Below are positions 51,575-64,000 of a stretch of 64,000 bases of DNA, piece after piece; the stretch's first letter is position 1, and each line of letters opens with the position of its first letter. The notes under the pieces are model-generated. The model worked only from the letters and a program-made list of their open reading frames with translations, did no database searches and had not been told where the DNA came from. The translations under genes and the position numbers were made by a program. This DNA is from Eledone cirrhosa (taxonomy: Eukaryota), in assembly GCA_964016885.1 (NCBI GenBank), contig OZ024741.1:267592001-267656000 (forward strand). The letters are read 5' to 3'.

Positions 51575-51651
51575 CATGTATTCTGTATGTGTGTGTGTCT
51601 GTCTCTCTGTCTGACTGTTTCACTGTTTGTCTCTCTCTCTTTGCCTACTGT

Positions 51652-51750
<99 letters not shown>

Positions 51751-51844
51751 CTCCCTCTGCCACTCACACGCTTTGTTAACACTTCCATTTGTGTAACAGC
51801 AAATAACACATTATCAATTATAACATTATTATTATTATAAACTC

Positions 51845-54800
51845 TACAGGCACGGAAGTGCCGTCAGTCGGGCATGTCCGAGATGCACGCTGGGCGACGA
51901 AACCGTCCTGCACGCAATCGTCCAGTGTCCGAGTATTGCCGACTTGTGGGTTTATGTCGAACACCTGCTGTCGCGTGTAGAACGGATCCGGCTATCAGCT
52001 GAGTCTATCGTGAGGATTGCCCCGCCCTCTTCCTTTAGCTGGGAAGGGCAGGCAGTTTTTATCTGTCTGGTGGCCATGGCGAAAGAGATAGTATGGTGGA
52101 CGCGTCTGAAAGGGCTTAAGACGAGCACTTACCCCTTCGGTGATGCCCTGATTAACTTTTTCCAATTTCATTTGAAAAGGAAAATCAGGGTAGAGAGGGA
52201 AGTGCTCTCTTCCCAGCTTTTTGTTGAAAGATGGGTGAGAGAGGCAAGAATGGCCCGAGTGAATGGGCCTACTCTGAGTATGTATCTGTAAATTGAAGGT
52301 GGAAAACTGGGAGAGGTCACTTGCCCTGGTGGTCAGGGTCACCGTGGCTTTTTTTTTAATGGGCTTTCTCCACGATGGCCCTCGGTAGTCTCCCCCCTAT
52401 TGGGGAATTTTTCATTGTTCTTTTTATTACATCCTCTGTTTTTTGTTTTTTTTACACGCAGAAATGCCCATTTGTACCATCTTGTATTGTCCTGTACTGT
52501 CCTTAATGTCTACTTTGTGTAAACCCCTGTGGTCAATAAAGAAAGCATCATTATTATTCCCAAAGACATCGGAGACTTCCGACAAGCACTCTCCAGGAGG
52601 ATTTATAAGGACATCCTTCCGGAGGAGGCCACAAGCAGTGAAAAGGATGGAGAAACCATCCTTCCTCTACGAGAAGTAAGGTAAGTGGTCTTTCCCATCT
52701 TTTCCACTCCATTTCAACATGACTTCACTCAGAATAGGCAGCATAAATGCGCGTGGTTTGGGGTTGTCATGGAAGCAGGGCCACCTGCTCAACGACCTCA
52801 GGTCACTAAACATAGATGTAGTGGCCATCAGCGAGACCAGAATCTCCGAAGCACGGGCCTTCGCACCGATCTTCGGCGGCTACGTTGTGTACGCATCTCC
52901 CAGCCGTCCTGGATCGGGGGGGAGGGGAGTTGCTGTGCTTTTTCGGAGAGGTTTGGATCTCGCCATACGGGCCGTCTTCCTGGACCCAGAAGGTAAGTTG
53001 GTGGTGCTGGACGTGACCAGCGGAGACGGGCAAGCTTTCAGGCTAGTGGCCGTCTATGCCCCGACAGGAGCAGGGCGGCCTGATTTCTTCCGGTGTCTGG
53101 AGACCTTTCTTGGAACGTCCCGCTCTTTAGTGTTAGTGGGCGACTGGAACGGGATCTTAGATGCACGCTGGGACTGTGTGGGATTAGTGGATAGGGGATG
53201 AGGGTGCAAGAGCCTCACCAACCTGCTCAGGCGTTTTGAACTGTCTGACAGGTACCGATTGGATTTCCCGAATGTGCCACTATGGACTTGGACAAATCGC
53301 ATAGGGTCATCCAGATTATATCTAGATAGAGTATTTTGTAGGGAAATAAATAGGTCTAGCATAGGCTGTCCACAATTCAAGATAGTCAGCTACACGGACC
53401 ACAAATTCGTGATCTGTGTGCTTAGATAGGCTTCATAGACGAGGACCCGGCTACTGGAAGCTAAACACGTCCGTACCAGCGCGCAAGGCCTGCAGAGACC
53501 GGATTAGCGTACTAGTTAAGCGGGCGTTGACGGGGGCCATCGTCAACAACAAGTGGTGGTTTGCTCTGAAAAAAGTGATTAGAATAGAGTCCATTAGGTT
53601 TAGTAAGGCTTTAGCAATAGAGAAAAATAGAGCAGAGGGAGAACTAGTTAGAAAATTAGATGAGGCGCTTAGCAAAGGCATCGCCACCGATGTACTTGTG
53701 GCGAAATTGGCCCTTGACCAATTCTTCAATGCAAAGCACGAAGGCTGCATTGTCAGAGCTAGGGTGCGTGCTCTCAGACACGAGGGGACGAAAGCCGTTC
53801 AATGGGCCCAAGTGGCGGAGGCGCGTCGTGGCAACAAAGCCATGGTCCGGTCTTTGGAGGACCACGACGGGCGCATGCTACTCGATCCCGGGCAAATGTG
53901 TGAAGCTTTCCAGCAACACTTCGCCCAGCTGTTCGGGGGCAGCGGCGGGCCGGATTGAGGGATGGACTTTAGTGTCTACCTCAACGGATTGCCGTGGCTC
54001 TCGGCCACTGAGGCGGAGTGTTGCGAAAAGCCGATAACAGCTGCTGAAGTACGGGAGACAATGACTGGCTGCACAAGGGGTAAATCGCCTGGTTTGGATG
54101 GTCTGATTTTCCTTTTCAAATTTTATTTGAAAAGGAAAATCAGGGTAGAGAGGGAAGTGCTCTCTTCCCAGCATTTTGTTGAAAGATGGGTGAGAGAAGC
54201 AAGTATGGCCCGAGTGAATGGGCCTACTCTGAGTATGTGTCTGTAAATTAAAGGTGGAAAACTGGGAGAGGGCACTTGCCCTGGTGGTCAGGGTCACTGT
54301 GGCCTTTTAATGGGCTTTCTCCACAAATGTCCTTCGGAAGTCTCCCCCTATTGGGGAATTTTTCATTGTTATTTTTATTACATCCTCTGTTTTTTTTACA
54401 CGCAGAAATGCCCATTTGTACCGTCCAGTATTGTCCTGTACTGTCCTTAATGTCTACTTTATGTAAACCCTTGTGGTTAATAAAGAAAGCATTGATTAAC
54501 TTTTTCAAATTTCATTTGAAAAGGAAAATCAAGGTAGAGAGGGAAGTGCTCTCTTCCCAGCATTTTGTTGAAAGATGGGTGAGAGAAGCAAGAATGGCCC
54601 GAGTGAATGGGCCTACTCTGAGTACGTATCTGTAAATTAAAGGTGGAAAACTAGGAGAGGGCACTTGCCTTGGTGGTCAGGGTCACTGTGGCCTTTTACT
54701 GGGCTTTCTCCACAAATGTCCCTCTGAAGTCTCCCCCCTATTGGGGAATTTTTCATTGTTATTTTTTGTTACACCCTCTGTTTTTGTTTTTTACACGCAG

Positions 54801-54883
54801 AAATGCCCATTTGTACCGTCCTGTATTGTCCTGCACTCTCCTTAATGTCTACTTTATGTAAACCCTTGTGGTTAATAAAGAAA

Positions 54884-54916
<33 letters not shown>
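51845..54916 (+). mobile_element. Cluster of Tx1/L1-clade LINE pieces (APE N-terminus plus three 3' ends)
   Basis: MTSLRIGSINARGL...ISETR...VYAP...GDWN (APE); GPGYWKLN; KSPGLDGL; three copies of HLKRKIRVERE...ARVNGPTL plus 3'UTR; (ATT)n tails. Confidence 0.9.
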
Positions 54917-54919
<3 letters not shown>

Positions 54920-54939
54920 GTTTAAATGAATCTAAATAC

Positions 54940-55078
54940 CTTCAGCTTTCATAACTTCATAGAGTTCCTCATCATAACTGAAGTCAAAATCATTATAAAA
55001 TGGATGGCTCACAGAAAGGTAACTGCTGGTTGAATCAAAACGAGTTTTCTTCACCAACCTATTGCCGGGAGTCAAAGG
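54940..55078 (-). CDS. GCLC: GCLC-like exon: PLTPGNRLVKKTRFDSTSSYLSVSHPFYNDFDFSYDEELYEVMKAE
   Basis: Manual translation; matches PLK...ISKSRYDSIDSYLS...YND; tag/gtattt boundaries. Confidence 0.9.
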
Positions 55079-55127
55079 CTAGAAAGAAGACAAGTTATTA
55101 ATAAATAAAAATAATAATTATAATAAT

Positions 55128-55340
55128 GGTTTCTGATTTAGGCACAAGGCCAGCAATTTTGGGAGAAGGGGAAGTTGACAAAATTGATCCCAGTGCATGA
55201 CAGGTAATTTATTTTATCGACCTCGTAAAGATGTCAGGCAAAGCTAACCTCAGCGGGATTTGAACTCAGACCGTAAAGGGCCGTAACTATGCCACAAAGC
55301 ATGTTGTCCAACACTCTACTAATTCTGCCAATCCACCACC
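55128..55340 (-). mobile_element. OR-like SINE
   Basis: Reverse-complement consensus match. Confidence 0.85.
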
Positions 55341-55802
55341 TAATAATAATAATTATAATAAAAGTACATTAAACAAATAGGGATTACAGTATGGATAGAA
55401 CACTCGAAAAATAAGGGATGTTACCTCAGTTCACTGGTAGTGAATAGCTAACACTGTAATATATCTCCAGCATCAGAAGCTGAGCAAAGAAACAATAATA
55501 GTAATTATACTGGTACCAGGATTTAAAGTGGGAACTGAAAAGGATTTGGAACTGTCATGAGATGAAGGTCAACCTCATCGTCATAGGAGCACTAGGTATT
55601 ATCACGAAAAGCTTCCACGGCTGGTTAAAGAACATTAGCCCAGTCCCCTTTTTTGGAACACTCCAGAAGGCATGCCTACTGGGAACGGCAAGGATCCTCT
55701 GATATGTCCTGAATATCTGAGGCAGGAGGTAGAGGCTTGATGTTCTTTAGGGAAAATTTTCTGGTTAAATAACAACAATGACTGAGATATGAAAGTAATA
55801 AT

Positions 55803-56017
55803 GGTTTCTTATATAGGCAGAAGGCCTGCAATTTTTGGGGAGGGGGAAGTCGATTAAATCGACCCCAGTGCGTGACTGGTACTTTATTTTATCGACCCCG
55901 TAAGGAGGAAAGGCAAAGTTAACCTCGGCGGGATTTGAACTCAGATCACAAAGGGCCGTAACTCTATGCTGCAAAGCATGGCGTCCGAACCTCTACCGAT
56001 ACTACCAATCCACCACC
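55803..56017 (-). mobile_element. OR-like SINE with target-site duplication CTGAGATATGAAAGTAA
   Basis: Duplication at 55782 and 56018. Confidence 0.88.
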
Positions 56018-56292
56018 CTGAGATATGAAAGTAACAATAATAATGGTCTCTGATTTAGGCAGAAAGCCAACAATAAAAACATTCAGACAGATACATAACT
56101 GAAAAACCAGGACTTACAAATATACACAGCATACAAAAAATAGCACTGCAAGGCACTGCACACATTACAAAGAGTACTCTCAATATGATAGAAATTACAA
56201 GACTGCACATACCCAAGGTACACAGAGCTGTGCTCGGTAATGTAGTGATGACATACAATAAAAATATGAGGAATAATAAGGATAATAATAAT

Positions 56293-56455
56293 GTTTCTAC
56301 TTTTGGCACAAGGCCAGAAATTACCCCAGTGCATTACAGGTACTTTATTTTATTGACTCCATAAGAATGAAAAGCAAAGCTAACCTCAGTGGGATTTGAG
56401 CTCAGAATGTAATGGGCCATAACTCTGTTCTGCAAAGCATGATGTCTGACACTCT
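56293..56455 (-). mobile_element. OR-like SINE
   Basis: Reverse-complement consensus match. Confidence 0.8.
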
Positions 56456-57275
56456 GAAACTACCCCTAATTCTACGATACTATATATTTTAAAATGTGTA
56501 TATTTTAAAAAAAAAACTTCCATTACAATTTTAATTTGGAATCTTTGTTAAGTTATGTTCCAAAAACCAACTTATTAATGAGAAAGCTAGTTATATTACT
56601 AAGTTCCACCAAATTCTTAATTATTTTCAAATTTATTTGAAAATAATATGCAGTGTCTTTCATTAGAAATATGTTATTGAAAAGGTTAATATGTACATGT
56701 ATGTATATTTATCACTGTGTGTCTTTATTTTCATTTTACACTGTTTGTACAGCCGATGATGTTTGTATATGTTCTTCATAAACAAAATGTCCTGTATCTC
56801 AGCCATCTGATGTTAAGAAATCAGCAACTTATCATCTTAAGAGCAAGTAAGATTTGACATCTGGAAGAGTATTCTGTTATGCTGTTGTAGAATACTGCCT
56901 GAAAAAAGTCTTGTCAAACACTTGCTTCTAAAAAGACCCCTTGATGAGCATGATTAAATTTTTCATGGGCCTGCAAGGTTTGTGTGAGGGTGGCATGGTT
57001 GGTGAGATTTTACAAACTTTGTTAAATACATTAACATTGTTGGCACCAATCTGGCCAAAACTGGCTCTTATTCTATGAAACAAAACCACCTATTTTAAAA
57101 GGTTCCTATTTAGATTAAAATCTTCCAACATAATTTTATATAAGAACCATATGTCAAATTACTGTTTTAGTGAAGAAATAATTATTAATTTCAGTAAATC
57201 CATCAAAATTTTTCATTCATTTATTGAAATAGAGTGTATTTCATTAGAAACAGTCATGAAAGGGTTAACACTGAC

Positions 57276-57392
57276 CTCTAGACCATATTCTTGTTTGGTA
57301 CGATCATCACATGATTGGACGAGGCCACACCAGCGACAGTCAGTATTAGACAAAAATCCCCGATGAATGGGAGCTGCAGCACTCAACGCTAA
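57276..57392 (-). CDS. GCLC: GCLC-like exon: [39 protein letters not shown]
   Basis: ORF 57213..57458; matches MALSAASPFYRGYVSDIDCRW...DDRT; cag/gtcagt boundaries. Confidence 0.95.
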
Positions 57393-57551
57393 CTGAAATA
57401 ATAAAACAAAGAACATTAAGGTTGTTTGAAAACCAAATCCCATTTTATCCAATTCCATCTACCCATCCATCTTGGCTTTTTCTTTGAGTCCAAATTAGTT
57501 GAAAAGATAAACATTAAGTAAAATGAAATCAACAAAAATATACTCCAAAAC

Positions 57552-58005
57552 GAAGGGACACAGCCATTTAGAAGGGGCATAGTCATTTAGAAGAGTCACA
57601 GCCATTTAGAAGGAACATACTCAATCTTTCAGAAGGGCTTCAGTCATTTAGAAGGGACTCACTTAATCTTTCAGAAGGGACACAGCAATTTAGAAGGGAC
57701 ATACTCAGTCTTTCAGAAGGGATACAGCCATTTAGAAGGAACATACTCAGTCTTTCAGAAGGGACATGGTCATTTAGAAGGGCCACAGTTTTTCAGAAGA
57801 GACACAGTCTTTCAGAAGGGCAGAGTCACAGTCATTCAGAAGGGACACATTCATTTAGAAGGGCCACAGTTTTTCAGAAGGGTCACAGTCATTTAGAAGG
57901 GACACAGCCATTCAGAAGGGACACATTCATTTAGAAGGGCCACAATCTTTCAGAAGGGCTGGGCTATAGTCATTCAGCAGGGACATAGTCATTTAGAAAG
58001 GACAC
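57552..58005. repeat. Degenerate ~19-22-bp minisatellite (AGAAGGGACACAGTCATTT)
   Basis: Directly visible recurrence of AGAAGG. Confidence 0.85.
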
Positions 58006-58094
58006 AATAATTCAGGCCCCATACAGACTTATGCTGCAGGTTTCCCACTCAGCTCTATGAAACAACTAAGAAAACTAAATAAAGCAATAGCTAC

Positions 58095-58312
58095 CATAAT
58101 TGGAGAAATAGGTGTCAAACTGTCATAGAGATAAGCAGCTTCCTTTAAGTTTGCTCCTTGAAATGTAATTTGTAAGGAACAGCAACCAACTCCAAATGTT
58201 GGTGTATCCATGTAAATGTATCCTGGTTTCATTGATCTCTTCATTTGCTCATTGTCTCCATATACAGACATGTCCTCCCCATATGGCATCACTGTATTTT
58301 TATCTTCATAAA
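58095..58312 (-). CDS. GCLC: GCLC-like exon: IYEDKNT...PGYIYMDTPTFGVGCCSLQITFQGANLKEAAYLYDSLTPISPIM
   Basis: ORF 58029..58292; homologous to IFKDKNT...[21 protein letters not shown]...ARYLYDQL; cag/gt boundaries. Confidence 0.95.
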
Positions 58313-58709
58313 CTGAAACAAAACCACAAAGAAAGAGTTTTTACAAGAGGAAACAATCAATTTTCAGTGTTGTTGTTATTGTTAAAGTTCATACTTATGT
58401 AGCTTTAGCTGGCCTTCTATGAGGTTGCATCTCATAGGAGGTTTCTAGGATGTTTTAATAGTAGGGGCTACAGTCCTATCATTGTCATCATGGTTTAACG
58501 TCCATTTTCCTGCTAGCACCTGTCTGACTTTTCACAATATATTGTACTATTACATTAGTACAATATATTGTACCAACACTTTAGTTCGATATATTTAGTT
58601 GGTATATTAGTACAGTTATTTAGTTAGTACACTAGTACAGTATAATTAGTTGGTCCATTATTACATTAGTACAGAATATTTAGTTGGTACATTAGTACAG
58701 TATACTTAC

Positions 58710-58768
58710 TTGGTACATTGATACACGCTCTTTCTTGTTTTCTGTCTGTAAAATTCTCAACCAGGTTT
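58710..58768 (-). CDS. GCLC: GCLC-like exon: NLVENFTDRKQERACINVP
   Basis: 59-nt exon, aag/gtaagt boundaries, aligns to TLTRNIRHRRGEKVVINVP; phases match both neighbours. Confidence 0.85.
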
Positions 58769-59650
58769 CTTCATAGGGAAAATATAAAACTTTTAATCCA
58801 TGTTGATAGTGATGGTGATTATGTTTTGTAAAAAGGACAGAAATATATGTCAAATGATAGGGAAGAAAACTGATGTAATACTAAAAGTACCCTTCAGTGA
58901 TGACTGACCTTGGGTTCACACCAGGAAAGTTCCTCTCGAAGGTGCAAGCCTAGGCAAGGTGGTTTTTGTGGAAGAGAAGCAATGGCCTATGTAGGCCAGT
59001 CTTCCCTCTCCATACCACCAATGGTGAATGAAAAGGCAAAGGCTGATACAGCTTGGCACCAATGACTAAATTTTAAGACATCATAAAATATATTAAGTAA
59101 AGGGACTGGAAGTGGGCAGGGCATCATTATTAATATACAACAAACATTTAAAGCTTTGTGGGTCCCATGACAAGCTTCATATCCATCATAAGCTTTTTGC
59201 ACTGCTAAATGCCCTTCTTGGTATCAACCCTTTTAGTTTACTCTTTAGAGACACAAGAGTACAGTGCACCTATTCTAAACCAGATACACAGTAGGTTCTG
59301 ACAATGAGTGTTCCAGTCAACTTGATCAATAGAACAGTCTGCTCATAAAATTAATGTGCAAGTGGCTAAACATTCCACAGATATGAGTACCCTTATCATA
59401 ATTCTCAGGGAAATTCAGCATAACAGAGTGTGTGACAAGGTCAGCCCTTTGAATTAATGGTACAACTCATATTTGCCATTTGAGTTAATTGGTGTAATGT
59501 GAAATTAAGTGTCTTGCTTAAGGAGACAATATACCACATGGTCTGAGAGTCGAACACACAGCCTTATGATTGTCAGCTGAACATTCTAACCACTATACCA
59601 CGTGCCTTCATGATGTTATAATATAACAGAGAAAACAGTAAACTCCTTAC

Positions 59651-59767
59651 ATAAAATAAGTAACTTGGCAACACAAGGCTTTGTCTGCTATAAACACTGA
59701 TTGTTGAAGTCCCTTGGCATTCTTGTCAGCTTCATAGTTGGGGTAGCAGAAATTAGCGCAGCCCAAT
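59651..59767 (-). CDS. GCLC: GCLC-like exon (first in window): LGCANFCYPNYEADKNAKGLQQSVFIADKALCCQVTYF
   Basis: Manual translation between cag acceptor and gtaagg donor; aligns to the GCLC segment LGCPGFT...SKSLFFPDEAINKHPRF; phase 2/2. Confidence 0.85.
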
Positions 59768-59949
59768 CTGCAATAGAAAACCAGTTAAAACTAATTAAAA
59801 CTAGTTAAAACTAAATGAAACTAGTTAAAAGAAATAACAGTCAGCTAATTATAACTGCTTAAAACCAGTTAAAACTAATAGAGAGCAGTTGTTTTAATCA
59901 TTAATACTAATTTCTGACACTGACACAAGGTTATTGTCATTATGACAAT

Positions 59950-60140
59950 GGATTGGCAGTATCAGTAGAACATCAGACAACCTGCTTCACAGCAGAGAGT
60001 TATAGCCCTTTAGGTTCTGAGTTCAAATCCCTTAGCTTTGCCTTTCATCCTTATGGGGTTGATAAAATAAGGCACCAGTAATGCACTGGGGTCGATTTAA
60101 TCGACTTTCTCCTCTCCCAAAATTGGTGCCTATAGTAGAA
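59950..60140 (+). mobile_element. OR-like SINE
   Basis: GGATTGGCAGTATC...GAGTTCAAATCCC...CTTTGCCTTTCATCC...AGTAGAAA. Confidence 0.85.
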
Positions 60141-60189
60141 ATTATTATTATGGTGAATTGACGTTGTGTGTTCAAACCCTGTTGAGGTC

Positions 60190-63100
60190 AACTTTGCCTT
60201 TCATCCTGACCTTGAGCCTAAAGTAGAAACTTTGCCTTTCATCCTGACCTTCAGCCTAAAGTAGAAACTTTGCCTTTCATCCTGACCTTGAGCCTAAAGT
60301 AGAAACTTTGCCTTTCATCCTGACCTTCAGCCTAAAGTAGAAACTTTGCCTTTCATCCTGACCTTGAGCCTAAAGTAGAAACTTTGCCTTTCATCCTGAC
60401 CTTCAGCCTAAAGTAGAAACTTTGCCTTTCATCCTGACCTTCAGCCTAAAGTAGAAACTTTGCCTTTCATCCTGACCTTCAGCCTAAAGTAGAAACTTTG
60501 CCTTTCATCCTGACCTTCAGCCTAAAGTAGAAACTTTGCCTTTCATCCTGACCTTGAGCCTAAAGTAGAAACTTTGCCTTTCATCCTGACCTTGAGCCTA
60601 AAGTAGAAACTTTGCCTTTCATCCTGACCTTCAGCCTAAAGTAGAAACTTTGCCTTTCATCCTGACCTTCAGCCTAAAGTAGAAACTTTGCCTTTCATCC
60701 TGACCTTGAGCCTAAAGTAGAAACTTTGCCTTTCATCCTGACCTTCAGCCTAAAGTAGAAACTTTGCCTTTCATCCTGACCTTGAGCCTAAAGTAGAAAC
60801 TTTGCCTTTCATCCTGACCTTCAGCCTAAAGTAGAAACTTTGCCTTTCATCCTGACCTTCAGCCTAAAGTAGAAACTTTGCCTTTCATCCTGACCTTCAG
60901 CCTAAAGTAGAAACTTTGCCTTTCATCCTGACCTTCAGCCTAAAGTAGAAACTTTGCCTTTCATCCTGACCTTGAGCCTAAAGTAGAAACTTTGCCTTTC
61001 ATCCTGACCTTGAGCCTAAAGTAGAAACTTTGCCTTTCATCCTGACCTTGAGCCTAAAGTAGAAACTTTGCCTTTCATCCTGACCTTCAGCCTAAAGTAG
61101 AAACTTTGCCTTTCATCCTGACCTTGAGCCTAAAGTAGAAACTTTGCCTTTCATCCTGACCTTCAGCCTAAAGTAGAAACTTTGCCTTTCATCCTGACCT
61201 TGAGCCTAAAGTAGAAACTTTGCCTTTCATCCTGACCTTCAGCCTAAAGTAGAAACTTTGCCTTTCATCCTGACCTTCAGCCTAAAGTAGAAACTTTGCC
61301 TTTCATCCTGACCTTCAGCCTAAAGTAGAAACTTTGCCTTTCATCCTGACCTTCAGCCTAAAGTAGAAACTTTGCCTTTCATCCTGACCTTCAGCCTAAA
61401 GTAGAAACTTTGCCTTTCATCCTGACCTTGAGCCTAAAGTAGAAACTTTGCCTTTCATCCTGACCTTCAGCCTAAAGTAGAAACTTTGCCTTTCATCCTG
61501 ACCTTGAGCCTAAAGTAGAAACTTTGCCTTTCATCCTGACCTTCAGCCTAAAGTAGAAACTTTGCCTTTCATCCTGACCTTCAGCCTAAAGTAGAAACTT
61601 TGCCTTTCATCCTGACCTTGAGCCTAAAGTAGAAACTTTGCCTTTCATCCTGACCTTCAGCCTAAAGTAGAAACTTTGCCTTTCATCCTGACCTTCAGCC
61701 TAAAGTAGAAACTTTGCCTTTCATCCTGACCTTGAGCCTAAAGTAGAAACTTTGCCTTTCATCCTGACCTTGAGCCTAAAGTAGAAACTTTGCCTTTCAT
61801 CCTGACCTTCAGCCTAAAGTAGAAACTTTGCCTTTCATCCTGACCTTGAGCCTAAAGTAGAAACTTTGCCTTTCATCCTGACCTTCAGCCTAAAGTAGAA
61901 ACTTTGCCTTTCATCCTGACCTTGAGCCTAAAGTAGAAACTTTGCCTTTCATCCTGACCTTGAGCCTAAAGTAGAAACTTTGCCTTTCATCCTGACCTTG
62001 AGCCTAAAGTAGAAACTTTGCCTTTCATCCTGACCTTCAGCCTAAAGTAGAAACTTTGCCTTTCATCCTGACCTTCAGCCTAAAGTAGAAACTTTGCCTT
62101 TCATCCTGACCTTGAGCCTAAAGTAGAAACTTTGCCTTTCATCCTGACCTTGAGCCTAAAGTAGAAACTTTGCCTTTCATCCTGACCTTCAGCCTAAAGT
62201 AGAAACTTTGCCTTTCATCCTGACCTTGAGCCTAAAGTAGAAACTTTGCCTTTCATCCTGACCTTCAGCCTAAAGTAGAAACTTTGCCTTTCATCCTGAC
62301 CTTCAGCCTAAAGTAGAAACTTTGCCTTTCATCCTGACCTTCAGCCTAAAGTAGAAACTTTGCCTTTCATCCTGACCTTCAGCCTAAAGTAGAAACTTTG
62401 CCTTTCATCCTGACCTTCAGCCTAAAGTAGAAACTTTGCCTTTCATCCTGACCTTCAGCCTAAAGTAGAAACTTTGCCTTTCATCCTGACCTTCAGCCTA
62501 AAGTAGAAACTTTGCCTTTCATCCTGACCTTCAGCCTAAAGTAGAAACTTTGCCTTTCATCCTGACCTTCAGCCTAAAGTAGAAACTTTGCCTTTCATCC
62601 TGACCTTCAGCCTAAAGTAGAAACTTTGCCTTTCATCCTGACCTTCAGCCTAAAGTAGAAACTTTGCCTTTCATCCTGACCTTCAGCCTAAAGTAGAAAC
62701 TTTGCCTTTCATCCTGACCTTGAGCCTAAAGTAGAAACTTTGCCTTTCACCCTGACCTTGAGCCTAAAGTAGAAACTTTGCCTTTCATCCTGACCTTGAG
62801 CCTAAAGTAGAAACTTTGCCTTTCATCCTGACCTTCAGCCTAAAGTAGAAACTTTGCCTTTCATCCTGACCTTGAGCCTAAAGTAGAAACTTTGCCTTTC
62901 ATCCTGACCTTGAGCCTAAAGTAGAAACTTTGCCTTTCATCCTGACCTTGAGCCTAAAGTAGAAACTTTGCCTTTCATCCTGACCTTCAGCCTAAAGTAG
63001 AAACTTTGCCTTTCATCCTGACCTTCAGCCTAAAGTAGAAACTTTGCCTTTCATCCTGACCTTCAGCCTAAAGTAGAAACTTTGCCTTTCATCCTGACCT

Positions 63101-64000
63101 TCAGCCTAAAGTAGAAACTTTGCCTTTCATCCTGACCTTGAGCCTAAAGTAGAAACTTTGCCTTTCATCCTGACCTTCAGCCTAAAGTAGAAACTTTGCC
63201 TTTCATCCTGACCTTGAGCCTAAAGTAGAAACTTTGCCTTTCATCCTGACCTTGAGCCTAAAGTAGAAACTTTGCCTTTCATCCTGACCTTGAGCCTAAA
63301 GTAGAAACTTTGCCTTTCATCCTGACCTTGAGCCTAAAGTAGAAACTTTGCCTTTCATCCTGACCTTCAGCCTAAAGTAGAAACTTTGCCTTTCATCCTG
63401 ACCTTGAGCCTAAAGTAGAAACTTTGCCTTTCATCCTGACCTTGAGCCTAAAGTAGAAACTTTGCCTTTCATCCTGACCTTGAGCCTAAAGTAGAAACTT
63501 TGCCTTTCATCCTGACCTTCAGCCTAAAGTAGAAACTTTGCCTTTCATCCTGACCTTGAGCCTAAAGTAGAAACTTTGCCTTTCATCCTGACCTTGAGCC
63601 TAAAGTAGAAACTTTGCCTTTCATCCTGACCTTCAGCCTAAAGTAGAAACTTTGCCTTTCATCCTGACCTTGAGCCTAAAGTAGAAACTTTGCCTTTCAT
63701 CCTGACCTTCAGCCTAAAGTAGAAACTTTGCCTTTCATCCTGACCTTCAGCCTAAAGTAGAAACTTTGCCTTTCATCCTGACCTTGAGCCTAAAGTAGAA
63801 ACTTTGCCTTTCATCCTGACCTTGAGCCTAAAGTAGAAACTTTGCCTTTCATCCTGACCTTGAGCCTAAAGTAGAAACTTTGCCTTTCATCCTGACCTTG
63901 AGCCTAAAGTAGAAACTTTGCCTTTCATCCTGACCTTGAGCCTAAAGTAGAAACTTTGCCTTTCATCCTGACCTTCAGCCTAAAGTAGAAACTTTGCCTT
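60190..64000. repeat. 38-bp satellite, ~100 units visible (AAACTTTGCCTTTCATCCTGACCTT[C/G]AGCCTAAAGTAG), runs off the window edge
   Basis: Directly visible period (60341 to 60531 = 5 units). Confidence 0.99.

Overview
This is AT-rich eukaryotic DNA, most likely from an octopod cephalopod; that call is inferred from tRNA-derived SINEs resembling the Octopus OR/OK families and RTE LINEs with (GAT)n tails. The window holds the 3' 12 coding exons of one intron-rich, minus-strand glutamate-cysteine ligase catalytic subunit-like gene (GCLC). The exons span 7354-59767 and encode 462 aa; the 5' exons must lie beyond 64000. All 12 exons join in frame with GT-AG boundaries, but several normally highly conserved active-site motifs are rewritten. 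The introns are filled with RTE, Tx1/L1, CR1 and Penelope retroelements, SINEs, non-autonomous Helitrons, fold-back palindromes and four large tandem arrays (29, ~49 degenerate, 49 and 38 bp units). Two of the arrays can be traced to pieces of the SINE next to them. There are no prokaryotic features, rRNA genes or CRISPR arrays.
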